64,000 nucleotides of DNA, taken from the NCBI RefSeq assembly GCF_001949145.1, contig NW_019091357.1, positions 4,302,228-4,366,227 of the forward strand, in the 5' to 3' direction. Every line of letters begins with the position of its first letter. Position 1 is the first letter of the stretch. Of the stretch, positions 51,948 to 64,000 are shown in pieces. The notes beneath the pieces are model-generated. The model searched no databases and had not been told where the DNA came from. It saw only the letters and a list, made by a program, of their open reading frames with translations. A program made the position numbers and the translations under genes. Origin of the DNA: Acanthaster planci (Eukaryota).

Positions 51948-53496
51948 ACTGAAGAGATGCAGGCATGGAGGGGGGTTTATAAGCTGACTGGGAGTACTGG
52001 AGTGTGACGGATCCTACTGTGTAGTCAGGTGGAACGAGGATGCAGCTGGTGGATCCACCTGGGTACTGATGCATGTCAGTTGGTGATGGGCTGTGGCGGG
52101 GGAAGGTTGCCTGGGTATAGGAGACCCAGAGGACCCATCAGACCGGGAGATGAGCAGGGGCTGCCAGATGTCGCTGATGGAGAAGCCGATGTCTTGAGGC
52201 ACGATGGGGTGTTTGGAGATTTCCAAGGCTTCTCTAATGCGTCTTGGGTACCACTGTTCGATACTAGCGATGAGGTGGGCTTCTTCCAAGTTGATGATGT
52301 AGTATTTGGCGTGGGAATGTTTGATGATGGCTGACTTCTCATAGTCCCCCTTCCTGCCATGGGCTTTGTGTTCTTTGATCCTGGTAGGGAGGTCCCTACC
52401 AGTCTCTCCGATGTACACTTTGCCACACTGGCAGGGGATCTTGTACACACCTGGTCGGCTGTGTGGATCTTGCCTGTCCTTATGGGAAGTCAGCATCTGG
52501 ATCTTGAGGGGAGCTGTGTGGAACACCTTGATGTTGTCCTTGCTCAGGATACGCTGGATGTAGTGGGAGGTACGTCCTAGGTAGGGGAGAGTGACAGAAC
52601 TAGGGGCCTTATCTAGTTGGCTTTGGGTATAGGAGACCCTACGGCCGGGAGGGGGACTTGATCTTGGGTCTTGATCTGCTTGGGCTGGTATCCGTGGCGT
52701 TGGAGTGCCGTGGAGATGTGGTGGAGTTCCTTGTGTAGGTGCTCTTGGTCGCAGATGTTGTAGGCTCGGCGGATGAGGGCTCTGTTGACCGATGACTTGA
52801 TTTTGGGGTGGTGGAAGGAGGCGCTGTTGAGGTACCGGTCGGTGTGGGTGGGCTTGAGATAAACCCTCCGGGCCAGACTTCCATCCTTCCTTCTGGACAC
52901 CTCAACGTCAAGAAACGAAATGCTGCCATTCCTCTCTTGTTCCATGGTGAATTGGATGCTGCTGTGAAGCACGATGAGGTGGTCCATGAAGAGTTGAAGG
53001 TTGTCTTGCCTGTGCTCCCAGATGACGAAGGTGTCATCCACATACCGGAGCCAGATCTTTGGGCGGTGGTCTGCTGTGGCAATGGCGGTCTGCTCGCACT
53101 CTTCCATGAAAATGCCAGCCAGAATCGGGGATATAGGGGATCCCATGGAGGTTGCAGCTGTTTGTTCATAGAATTTGTCCCGCCACTGGAAGCTGGCAGA
53201 ATCGACGCAGGTGGTGAGGAGGTCTTGAAGCTGGTTGGGGGTGAGGTCGGTGCGGTCCTTGAGGCTGGTGTCGGCCTGGAGTCGGTCACTCGCTATAGTG
53301 CTTGTGTCGGATGTGGGAACGCAGGTGAAGAGTGACACGACATCAAAGCTGACCATGATGTCGCCTGGCTGCAGCCGGAGGTCTTGGATGATGGACGAGA
53401 ATTCATCTGAGTTCTTGATATGATGCTGGCAGTTGCCAACTAGAGGGCGAAGGATCTAGGCCAGGTGTCTTGCAGTGTTGTCGGCATCTCTTCAGT

Positions 53497-53536
53497 CTCC
53501 TGACGACGGACAGAGCATACTGTCCGAAACGTTGAG
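53497..53536 (+). ncRNA. Minimal hammerhead ribozyme in the inverted pseudo-LTR of Penelope-like element 2
   Basis: Plus strand CTCCTGACGACGGACAGAGCATACTGTCCGAAACGTTGAG, identical to the copy at 51908-51947. Confidence 0.8.
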
Positions 53537-55564
53537 TTCCTCACGGTTCTTTTCAGAACCATACAGACTCACAAAGAGATCGTATCCTTGCATGGTGCCA
53601 CCGCAAGCTTTCCACCTTAATTTATGAGCGCCAAGGAGGTCAAATGTTAGAAACTGAGGCAAGTGTTCGCCGTACTTGTGGATGTGGTGTAAACAGGTGG
53701 TTGCATTGGAACAACATGATAAACTGGGTTGGCAACTTGGGTATTACTTTACACAATCAAACAATTGGGGATTTAGAGCTCATTGAAGTGTGGCAGTCGG
53801 ACAGTTTCTGATCTGTCGAACGAATTAAAAGAGTCATATTTGTTACTTATGTCCTTTTGTAACAAATCCAACGTCAAATCGAAGATCCACATGACGTAGA
53901 CATAAGTCTTACACAATATATGGGCCTACGCGCAGAGGCAAGGACTGCGCTTGATCCGCGACTCGCTGGGAGAGAGTCACTGAGTTTGACAAAGCATTAA
54001 TTTTGAACCGTGAGCATGAGGTTTTATATCTACGTAACATAATTTGAATTAGATCGATGACGGGGTTTTCCTTTACAAAATATCTGTTTACTGGAACTTC
54101 AATTTTAGAGTTATTATGAACCATTTCTTTTGTTTTTTGCCCTATATTTCTTGAAAACCCATTAACAAAGATGACACCTCATTTTGCAATCGAATCGAAA
54201 CCAGACACCGCCTACTGTTGCTGTGCTTTTGTTAAGCACAGATATTGAGCATGCGCGTTTTGTACGTGTTGTAGTGGAAACGTAACTACCCATAGGGAGT
54301 GGCCATTCAGTGCCTTTTTACCTCAATGCACCATGTAATACCGACACCAGTGCCTCGTTAACCCATGCACTGAGTAACTGGGTTTAATCACGAGTATTTT
54401 GGTAAGAGCGTACACAGATAAATATGGTTCTCAGGTTCCGCACACGCAACAGAACGACGAATTCATGAGACATTTGCCGGCGACAACTCTTTGAACTTTA
54501 ACCAAATGAGTCCCGTTGTTTAAAAACCGGGGCAAATGTTTGGCTGATTGTTTTACTAGTCAGCTTGTCGTGAATTTGGTGTTCACAGGTGAGTGCACTG
54601 GATCCAGGTTTTAACTTCGGTTTCAAGTAAAGAAATCTGCCATTGAAGTGTGATACATATTTTCTGAACCCATCACACAAAAGGAGGTCATATTTTTAGT
54701 GATAAGCATGGTCTCAGGTACTCTACGAATGACAATGCCAAAACCAGTTTGTAATGCGTCTGAACTTTACTAGACCTATGAATGTTGAGACAGAATGGCA
54801 GCCGGTTAGCCTACTACCCAAATGAAGCGACACAGGAGAAATCTACCAATAAATCTATTTCTGCGCATGGCAAACGTGTAACCGGATTATTGCACGGTTT
54901 CTGTGATTCACTTGTTGCTCTACAAGATCACTTGCATCATATGAAATATCTGCATGGGCTCGCATCAGTGCCCTTTATTTAGCCCACGTTGCAGCAGAGG
55001 TCAAGCCCGGCGGACATGTACATTGTATGGATACAAATAAGGTGATACGAGGCTTCCCGTCATCGTTGACCCAATCGGAGTCGTTTGTGGTAAATACATG
55101 TACTGCAATGGTTCGCTAAAGCCAACGATCACCTTTGTATTTGGCTCGGTAAGAAAGCCGTCAGTGGCTTCAGTTTAGAGCAGTTCGGGTCCAGACCTTG
55201 TTATACGATGTCCATGTACCATATACCAGGCAAGATATGGGACGGAGGGGGTACCCCCCCCTTACCTGACCAACACAAAGGCTGGGGGGGTTCTCTCAGT
55301 CCCATATCTTGCTTTAAATGGTACCATGAGGTGTCTCCTGTACCGAAGCGAATCACAGCCTGTTGATGAGGTATACATGTAAAAGAACTCTGGTGGGTAA
55401 ATTTTAGCACTTGGATGCCACAAGCAGAGTAACCCTTGTAGGACCATGATTTGACACTGTTTAAAAAAGCTTTGTTATTTTTTTAACACTACAGCTTTAG
55501 CAGTTTGGTCGGACATGGCATGAAAGTATAATTTACAGATCTAACCTGACATAAGATTTTCAGT

Positions 55565-55630
55565 CCCTACCTGATTCCGTGGGTTTTACCCAGAATGCTC
55601 CTGTGGGGTTTTCCTCCCACCAAACTGTAA
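55565..55630 (+). mobile_element. Possible SINE central-domain remnant (V-SINE-like)
   Basis: GTGGGTTTTACCCAGAATGCTCC...GGTTTTCCTCCCAC resembles the GTGGGTTT..CCGGGTGCTCCGGTTTCCTCCCAC domain of metazoan V-type SINEs. Short and degenerate. Confidence 0.3.
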
Positions 55631-55768
55631 CTGCTTCTCATTGGGATCTCCCTGTACAAGTTTCGTCGGGCTTGCGCGCTACAGTGTCTAGGGTACTTTT
55701 GTGGAATCCTTGGTTTCATTACCAGCCAGGGGCAAAAATAGAGGGTTTTCATTACTGTCGTGTTGCAG

Positions 55769-57851
55769 GTCAGAGCTTTTGTTTTGTGCTCGGGGGAATT
55801 TTTCTTACATTGGGCTTCATCCTGTCGTCGATATCATCGGGCGTTTTTACTGTGGCCTTCACAATTATCGGGTTGTCAGGTAATGACTCTGAGTTATTCC
55901 TATTTACCGTGAATCCGTCTGTGGCATTCTGCATCGGTGAAACTACAGTTAGCAATAGAAGACAATATGACGGTGAATTCGATATTTGAGTGGAGGCAGT
56001 CCTGGCTATAGCGATCTTAGATGTACGTAACGGTGTTCACCACTCTCATGGGCCGCAATTTAACCAAGGCAAAAACACAAGCATCTAACTTAATCGGTAC
56101 TTGGATTGTAACTGTGAAGCAACGGTGCTATTTCAAGTTGTCCAATGGTATCTCCTCACACGAAGAATTGAACTGGTGTTGGTTTTTTGTCCCATGATTT
56201 GAGCCAAATCCAGTAAGTGGAATTGTAAAGAGGTTGTTAAATGCAAAGCGTCGAGTGTGCTGAAGACAGCATTTGACGAGGAGTTCCAGTAATGTTATGC
56301 TCATACCATCCCTCGTAGGGAACCATCACTTATGCTGCCTTGACTTGTAGTGGAGTGCAGGCTTCAAATACGTGTAGTTTTTCAAATCCCAGAGGCTTGA
56401 AGACGGTTTTATTCACTCTGTATCGTTATCCCTTTTATATACTGAATGAGCATCGCTAAGCCTTTTTTCATGTACGTTTATGTATACATATGCTATTACT
56501 GTAGGGGTTGGATCGGCGCTCATCTTGTTAATCAGTTTCGCAGTCATGGCATCATACTTCAAGGAGAAATACCAGTTAGTAGTCGGGCTCTCATCATTGG
56601 GCATTCCAGTCGGTATGCTGGGAATTATGGGCCCATAAGCCAGGTCCTGCTAGATACCTACGGCTGGAGAGGAACCACGTTGTTGATAGGAGGTATCTCG
56701 TTTCATCTAGTAGCATGTAGCTTATTGGTGCAACGGGATCTGTCCTCCTTTGAGACAGACACTGAACAGTACCAAGAGGTTGCGATTAGCGACGGCGAAG
56801 AACATAACCGGGGATGAAGAAGGGAGCCTTCGCACCATCGAGCGGAGAGTGAAGTCCAGCAACAGACGCCTGTCAGAATCAAACCTTTGTAAGAGTCAGG
56901 CGACTCAGAGGTGTTGCGAGCGCCTCATAATGGCGTTTGATTTTGCCGTGCTGACAGATGCGAAGTTCATTCTACTGATCACCGGAAGGTGCGCTATCGG
57001 TTGTGCCTACACCGGTACAGTGGTGTTCATGGTGTCTCACGGTCAACATCAAGGGCAGAGCGAAACCGAGGCGTCGTTTCTGCCCACTTCCATCGGGGTT
57101 GGCAACATTGTCGGCAAGTTGGTTGTGCCCCTCCTGCACAAGGTCGGCGTAAAATTCTCCATGACACTATGGGCGTGCATCGGGGGCAAGCATTGTGTGT
57201 GCGTCACTTTTCCTGGACGCTTTTGTCAGGCCCTTTGTCGGACAGATGGTCATCACGAGTCTGATTGGGCTGTGCTACGGTGTGGCGATTCAAGCGACAG
57301 ACGTCATTGTCCGGTTCCTCACAACGGATGACCGGTTGGTTAATGTATTAGGCTGGCAAGGGTTGTTTACGGGTATTGCTGGAGCGCTTGGAGGACTTAT
57401 ACCAGGTTAGCACAGTTTCTCTTATAAAAAGACAGATCCGTTGCCGATTCCCTCCTATGGGGTGTATTTGATGGTCCACGTAATTAAGTGTTAATACTGA
57501 GTGCATTACAATTATAACCTAGTCTAGTTTGTTTTAATTTATAAGTACATTATTAAATTGACATTACCATTATAAAATAAACACTGCTACTGATAGCTCA
57601 TAGCAGACGGTTGTTTCATTGAAATGTGATGCCTATGCCCCCTCAGCATATCTCGCTAAATTGACAAACGGTGAATGTTTAAAGCGTGTCTGACGAAACG
57701 TAATATTGAGCTTTCCCTTTTTTCCACAGGCTGGATTTACGAGAAGACTGGGAATTTCAGGTTAGCTTTCTGCATATATGGTGGACTGACGCTACTTTCG
57801 ACTCCGTTTCTCATTTTCCAGGAATTGTACGCTGAAAGAAGAAAACCATAA
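55769..57851 (+). pseudogene. SLC16/MCT-like MFS transporter, copy C, probable unprocessed pseudogene
   Basis: 5'-truncated exon 2 at 55769-55879 (VLGGIFLTLGFILSSISSGVFTVAFTIIGLSG). Exon 3 at 56505-57405 has three frame changes (about 56622, 56805, 57185). Exon 4 at 57730-57851 is intact (GWIYEKTGNF...). No exon 1 (WGW motif) found upstream. Confidence 0.85.
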
Positions 57852-60800
57852 AGTTGATTATTGGCTCTATCCACAAGTCAGACACACTGAATTGAAAGCG
57901 AGGTTAACTGCTTTTTATTTATTTTGCTACTTTAGAATAATTTAAAATATGAAAGCACTGAAATAAAAGCTTAATTACAAAAGAATCTCCTTTATGCTGA
58001 TGACGGCTTTAAAATTATTATGTCTAAATGTTTTAAACCACATTAAAAATGTTACTTACGCATGGAATCCAAAATAGTCTGGCACAAAATTACATTAAAT
58101 ACAATTTTATTGAGATTGGGAAAACGATCAAAAATGGCTTCCCCGTATAAATAAGGTCATCTGGCTTGCTGGGCATTGAAAGTGTGAGAAATCATTGAGG
58201 CCTTGCACCGAAAAGGTTATGAACATATCAAACAGAGTCTGCATTGGTTCATTTATCAATGATAACAGATCTTAAATCTAAAAAAAAAAGCTGAGGGCCT
58301 GATCTTGGGAGGACCTTTTTCAAGTCTCTGAGAAGTCAGTTTTCAACATAGAGGAAAAGAGAAGTGAGAGTTTGAAATCTGGAAAAATTAACACTGATGT
58401 ATTCCAAGATTTACGAATGAACTGATCAGCCTTGATCGAACTGCACACATCTGAAATTGAATAATGAAGTCTTAAACACCTTATTTTGACAGTTTTGTAT
58501 AAATACCTTAGGCATAGATTGCTGAATTTTAAACTTGCAGAAAAGTTGCTGCAGTAATCTTTGAAAAAAAATAGTTCACTTGCTGTTGAGACATATACAA
58601 AATTGTCCGCTGCCATAAATTACTTTTCAGCAGAATTCAAGCATCGGTTTCATTTCAATGTTTATTTTGCGTGTAATTTGTTTGAAATGATTTGGGACGT
58701 CTGTACATTTTAAGCACACAAGCGAATACAATCTTCGTAACTGTACAACACAACACAACGTGTAGACTTGTACAACAATAATCTATACTGCCTTACGAAG
58801 CAACACAGTTCCCAAATTGCAACAAGGTTTAAGGTGACTTAAATAACCCTCACCCACTTCAAGTTATTACGAAATAACACCGGTAAGTTGATTAAGAAGG
58901 CGATTATAATAGTCCTCACCAGACTCTTGACGGAAACCTGCACCCAGTAAACCTCAACGAGGAAAGCAAGCTCCCAGACCAGGACCGCAACCAACCGTCG
59001 CTATGCCAACAAGCATGGAACAACGGCACACAATCCTTCTAGTCTAAGCTCCGCTAATTCCCCAGTTAACTGGTTCACACGGGTCCCCCAACCCTATAAT
59101 CTACCACTTCTTAAAAAACGAGACTGTCTAACGATTCCCTAATCTTCAAAGAGATCTGATATAATCGGCAGCTCCGGCAACTGAGAACAAGCACCACACT
59201 AACCGATCGCAAAAGGTACACTTGAGGTAGATCCCCAACCACCAGCGGTCGTACGTCAGATTTACACTCGAAACTCAAAACACAACTCCAAAGAGCTCTG
59301 GTTAGCACGCTGCCTTCTTGAGAAGTCCCGGCAACCTACGCAGCCAGCGCCGGCGCCCACAGCTAAGGTAATGCGCGCCTCTGATTGGTTGCCGCGGACA
59401 TGTTTAATGCATGATAGACGCGTCTGAATTATTAATGACCAGACTAAACACAAGTCTGCGCAGCTACCCTGTTTCGCCACACTACTTTCTATACTCCGAC
59501 CATAGAGCGTGGGGGAGGGGGCTCTTGCTCTATGATGTGACTATGGCCGAGATTCGCCGGTTAGACCTCCGTTCGTGCGCCAAGCTGTACTCGTGGGATC
59601 CAAGTAACATGCTCCAATCACTGTTTCTGCTGCGACCGCCGTTGTTTAAATAAACGCTCATGTGGTTGTCTCTTCTCTTCTGCTCTTCAATATTGCCAAC
59701 GTTTTTACGAGAATTTCACGTAAATAAATGTCTTGAAATTCAACGAGTCAACAAAAGCCCCAGTGTTTATGAATCACAGGTTTCTCTAGCTGTAAGGTAG
59801 TTTGTCAACTCAAAAAAGGCTAAACAAAGGACAGCACAATTAATTTTAATTTTCCTTGTAATTTAATATCTGATTTGCTGCCCATGTGTTTCAATTCATC
59901 AAAGTGTTCAATTTATCTTACAATTATTTTACACAGATAAGACAGTTCCAGGGGGAAATAGCACCCTCTGCTTCGCCTCGAGTGCCATTTGCCCCTCAAG
60001 TGTACAAAACACCATGGACCCCTACGCAGCAGGCAACAATTGTTGAATGGATATGGGAGACATGCAGAGGGTCTCGTCGAATTAGGACAAATCAGAAATT
60101 CTTCGCAAAAAAAGTTTTATTCATTAAAAAACGCAATGACAAAAGAAACTTTGTCTTCAATGTTGGACTTTTTTTTTTTTTCATTTCAAACACCCTGTGC
60201 CCAATTATGCCAATTTTAGACGGAACGCCTAATGATATAAAAAGCAATGAATTTTGTGTATGTGCTATGGGAATACCTTACTGGCTCACTGTTAAATGTT
60301 CTGTAAATGTGGGGGAATTCCGTCAACAATTTGTTCAGATGTTTTCAATTCATGGCTTACATCAACTCGGACTGTACTCATGTATACATCTATTATACCT
60401 TCAATATTGTACAACTTGCTTATTAATACTACTAAATAAATATCACATGTATATGTACACAAGGGTGGATCCCAGGAACTTCATTAAGGAACAAAGGGTC
60501 CATGCCCCCTCCAGGAGTCAATTTGCTCTACTTTCATAACGAGAGAGGCAACTTTATGGTTTACTTCCTCTTGCAAGAGCACCAAAATGTACTCTCCACT
60601 CCCAGAAACACAATAAAACGTAAACATGACAATTTCTCCAGTTTTGATATCCCCCCCAAAAATAAATGTGGTCCTTGACCCGTCCCTGCTGCATGTATTA
60701 TTGGCATACGTATGTAGGATATATTCACAGGTGAAGCATGGTGTTAATATTATGGGGCATTTCCTGTCTTTGAAATATCAAATGCGCGTGTGTGACATCA

Positions 60801-61371
60801 AGATAGGAACCGTTTCGAGCACACGTGCCTGTTCAACCGGGGTACATTTTGCAGGAGGCTCGGCACTGGGGCCATTTTCTGGAGGGGTGGGGAGGGGGAC
60901 ATGCTAGGATCTGAACGACTTAGTGTTCATTGAGTGATCAAGGCCGACTATCACCATGTAGATTTTTTTCCCCCTTCTCTGATTTGAGTGCCAAGGGGCC
61001 ACACAAGGGGGGATGGGGGATACCTCCCACCCCTTAACGCGCCTCTGTGAATGACAGTTGACCAGAAATTGTTCCCTTTATGAGCGAGCGTACATGTAAA
61101 TTGTAAGTGACGCTTCAAGGTGGTCAAAGCCCAATGGGTCAGTTCACTGAAGACAAATCCGATGACCATGGCAATGCTGTTGGTCATTTACAGTGGTCCC
61201 AGCCAACAGCAGTTAGCACTTTGGTATCTACTGTATATAAAGTTGTTTTCATTAAACCAGGATGAACTAGGCAATATATTCATCTGTGAGTAGGTCAAAT
61301 AGTTAGTGTTTGCCCTTGCATCGCATAGTCAGAAGAGGGGGGGGGGTCGGTGGGGGAGGGGAGCTGATCTC

Positions 61372-64000
61372 TCACAGCATTTTCAAGCACCCGACGTTGA
61401 AGCCGTCCCCCTTGTGTTGGCCGACCAGTCCCAGCAGCGCCTGCTTCTTGGCGGTGCTGCGCGAGGACTCCAGCTCATACAGGGTGCAAAGGTTGAAGAG
61501 CAAGCCCTCGTCCAGGTAGCTGGCCGGGTCGCCCTGCACCAGCTTTTCCAGGAGGGCCAGTGCCTCCTTCAGCTTGCCCATGTACAGCAGGCAGACTGAC
61601 TGGTTGTTGATGGCCTAGGATAGGAGAACAGCCAAAGCGTTAGGGCTGAGCCAGATGGAATAAAATATTATATGAATACTCATATGTCCACCAAATCTTT
61701 GGTCAGCCAAGCCTTTGTAGAAGCAATGTGAATTGATACATGACATAACATATAACAATCATTACAGTAAGTTAGAATAAGTTGTTAACCAGAAGCCTTT
61801 TAAATTTTTTTTTTGAAAATTTAAGAGGGCTATTTCATTTTGGTTAAAGACTACAAATTCAGAGAGCAAAATCCAAAGTGGCCATCCTGTGAACAAAGTC
61901 CTTTCTTTAACAATGTACTCACTGTGAAGTTGCCAGGCTCAACAGCTAGCACATCGTCAAAGGACTTCCTAGCCTCGGAATATTGGTTTTGTGCCATATG
62001 CATGAAGGCCCTGGAAGGATCAAGCATTTGAAAGCGAGTGACTGTGCCTGACCACCGTGAAAGGTTCATTTCTCATTTGTCCAAATTTCTTTTATTACAG
62101 CCTCCATGCAGGAAGTGCAGATGGCACTAGGCCTCCTCATGAGGAGCCATCCTACACAAGTAAATGGCCTGAAAGAACTTAGAGGTTCGTACGCATATAC
62201 GGGTCAAGTTTCAGTTGAATGTGCACAAGTCTGTGGGCTCTTGTGTTTGCGTTTTCAGTAACGGCTTAAAGTTTTTCTGGGCAGCATTACATCCGGTGCA
62301 AGACACATTTCCAAGACAACTCGTTACAAAACATTCTGTCAATTCATGTTCATGTACGGCGCTGTGGGACTTACACTGAGAAGAAATGAATTTGACTATT
62401 ACTCACTTATTCATGAGTATGGCTGCTTGGGATGTCACCCCCTTTGATTGGTTGTAACTTTCTTCAGCTCTGGAGAAAGCCCTTTGAGCAGCTTTCAGAT
62501 CTCCCAACTGTTGACAAAAGATACTGACAACTTCATTCATTGGTCAGGGCCACGTTGACACAGAAGGTGAAGTCTCCTCAGACAAATAATGTTCTAATTT
62601 GTGATTAAACATACAAAAATGTGTTTCAAGCAAGACTCGGAAAAATACTGAAAGGGAGGCTTGGAATGCATGCCGATTATAAAACAGTCGAGTGCCATCT
62701 CGGTCAACATTTCGCAGTGTTTAAAACAGATTCAGGGCATAAGATTGCAATTTCTTCCGCGTGAATGAGGTCTGCACATGGCGTGTATACAGCCCTTGGT
62801 TGTGAGGTGAAATGACACAGAAACCTTAGCCCTGTTATGGTTACCACTACCTAATGGCGTAACACTGTACGGTTGCATGTGAACACAGCCTGCAAGTCAG
62901 TGCTTTAAGTTATTCCCATCCGGCTCATTTTAGTCATGTGGAATAATCTTCGGTGTTCCGTGACACCACCCCTTTTACTCTGTCAAAGTGTTGTCCGGAT
63001 CTGTGCAAAGCCCCCTTCAGTTGACAGACTGTATTCATATGTTCGCCACCTTGAATTGAAAGTGGGGTGAAACTTTTCATTTTGAAAACCTGTGAGTAAA
63101 GAATAACTGACGAAAATGAAGGTTTGATACAAAGTCATGCCAGTTTACACAAATTTTAAATTAGTGATAGATTATATCTAAATATTTTAAGCTACATTAA
63201 AAAAGAAAAGAAAAATGAGGTTTGGAACCTAAAATAATCTGACGCTGTTTAACAGATTATGTTGAATATGAAGGATTCAGGAACAAGATAAATATGGCTT
63301 CCCTGTCAATACAGTCTATTGCAATCGATTCTGTAGGGACATGGAGAGGCCTCAAGGAGAGCATACCCACTCACCTGCAGGAAGATTCGTCCGATGCCCG
63401 ACAAGAGATTAGAAGCGTTTTGTGAGTCCTTCTTAAGTAACATCTCGTACACGGAAACAGCCTGATTAAAATCCTAAAAAAAGGCACAGGGATACTCAAA
63501 ATCATTAATTACAGTTGGTTGCAAATAATACAAGTCCATCGGATGACAACCGTATCACGTTTGCTTTCAATTCCAAATCTTAGTGGAGGACACTTACACT
63601 TTACCCTTCGTCTACAATGAGCTTCATTATCCGCCATGAGCAGAAGTACCCCCTCATCAGTTGAAAATAGCTATGTTGGTCAGGAGTGTTCATTTGGCTG
63701 GTAGCGACGCGCCCGTAACGCGTGCATTTCATAGTTGTTTGTGAACCAGTGAAGTGCAGTTGTGACCAAAGGAGCTGCAGTTCTTAGGAAAAATTGCGCC
63801 CTCTATTGGTCCAGCTCAGGTTCCTTGAACCAACAACTGAATCTTAGAAGCATTACCCTTAAATTACCAGTGCCAAAGTAAGCAATGCAAATCTTTCACC
63901 TAAACGGCTCTCAGTCTAACAGCAAGTTACCCGCACATTTAACTTGGTTAAGAATATGAAAACCATACCTTCATAGACAGCAGGCAATTTCCAATTGAGT
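61372..64000 (-). CDS. TRAPPC12: Trafficking protein particle complex subunit 12 (TPR protein, TTC15/TRAMM), 3' portion
   Basis: Exons >64000-63969 ([10 protein letters not shown]), 63473-63375 ([10 protein letters not shown]...[11 protein letters not shown]), 62507-62407 (LGDLKAAQ...ILMNK), 62010-61923 ([13 protein letters not shown]...), 61614-61372 ([19 protein letters not shown]...[23 protein letters not shown]...[12 protein letters not shown]). All GT-AG and in phase; the C-terminus matches TRAPPC12. Confidence 0.93.

Larger units (their letters stand above)
51786..53620 (-). mobile_element. 5'-truncated Penelope/Poseidon-type retroelement 2 (RT plus GIY-YIG endonuclease) with inverted pseudo-LTRs
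   Basis: RT at 52613-53480 (SFDVVSLFT, MGSPISP, WLRYVDDTF, YLKPTHTDRYL). GIY-YIG domain at about 52014-52600 (GVYKIPCQCGKVYIGETGR...RIKEH...RRIREALEI). In-frame TAG near 53456 and a frameshift near 52615. 136-bp inverted repeats at 51825-51960 and 53484-53619. Candidate TSD TTTATGAGC at 51777-51785 and 53621-53629. Confidence 0.95.

Noticed and set aside
52029..53335. Plus-strand and alternative-frame ORFs over the Penelope element
   Set aside because: Shadow ORFs of a GC-rich RT/endonuclease coding region.
58760..59481. Possible solo LTR (TGT...ACA-bounded, compositionally distinct segment)
   Set aside because: No matching TSD or convincing terminal inverted repeat could be defined, and there is no second copy in the window.

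Overview
Intron-rich animal genomic DNA with three N gaps (38684-39347, 40009-40105, 45758-46271). An invertebrate deuterostome such as an echinoderm is my inference from composition, repeats and gene structure. From left to right: (1) about 14 kb with no recognisable coding exon but with enhancer-like motif clusters and CTCF-like sites, probably the large intron of a minus-strand gene whose candidate first exons lie near 14.1 and 18.0 kb; (2) OST4, a 38-aa microprotein missed by the ORF track; (3) a complete 4-exon PEX13; (4) three paralogous 4-exon SLC16/MCT-like MFS transporter genes, one intact, one with a late frameshift and one pseudogene; (5) two degenerate Penelope-like retroelements (RT plus GIY-YIG) carrying minimal hammerhead ribozymes, one bracketed by inverted pseudo-LTRs; (6) the last five exons of TRAPPC12. 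The most novel-looking signal is a set of three otherwise dissimilar non-autonomous TIR elements that all have 5'-TAYGR...YCATA-3' ends and perfect 6-bp target-site duplications. All calls were made by eye; no searches were run.
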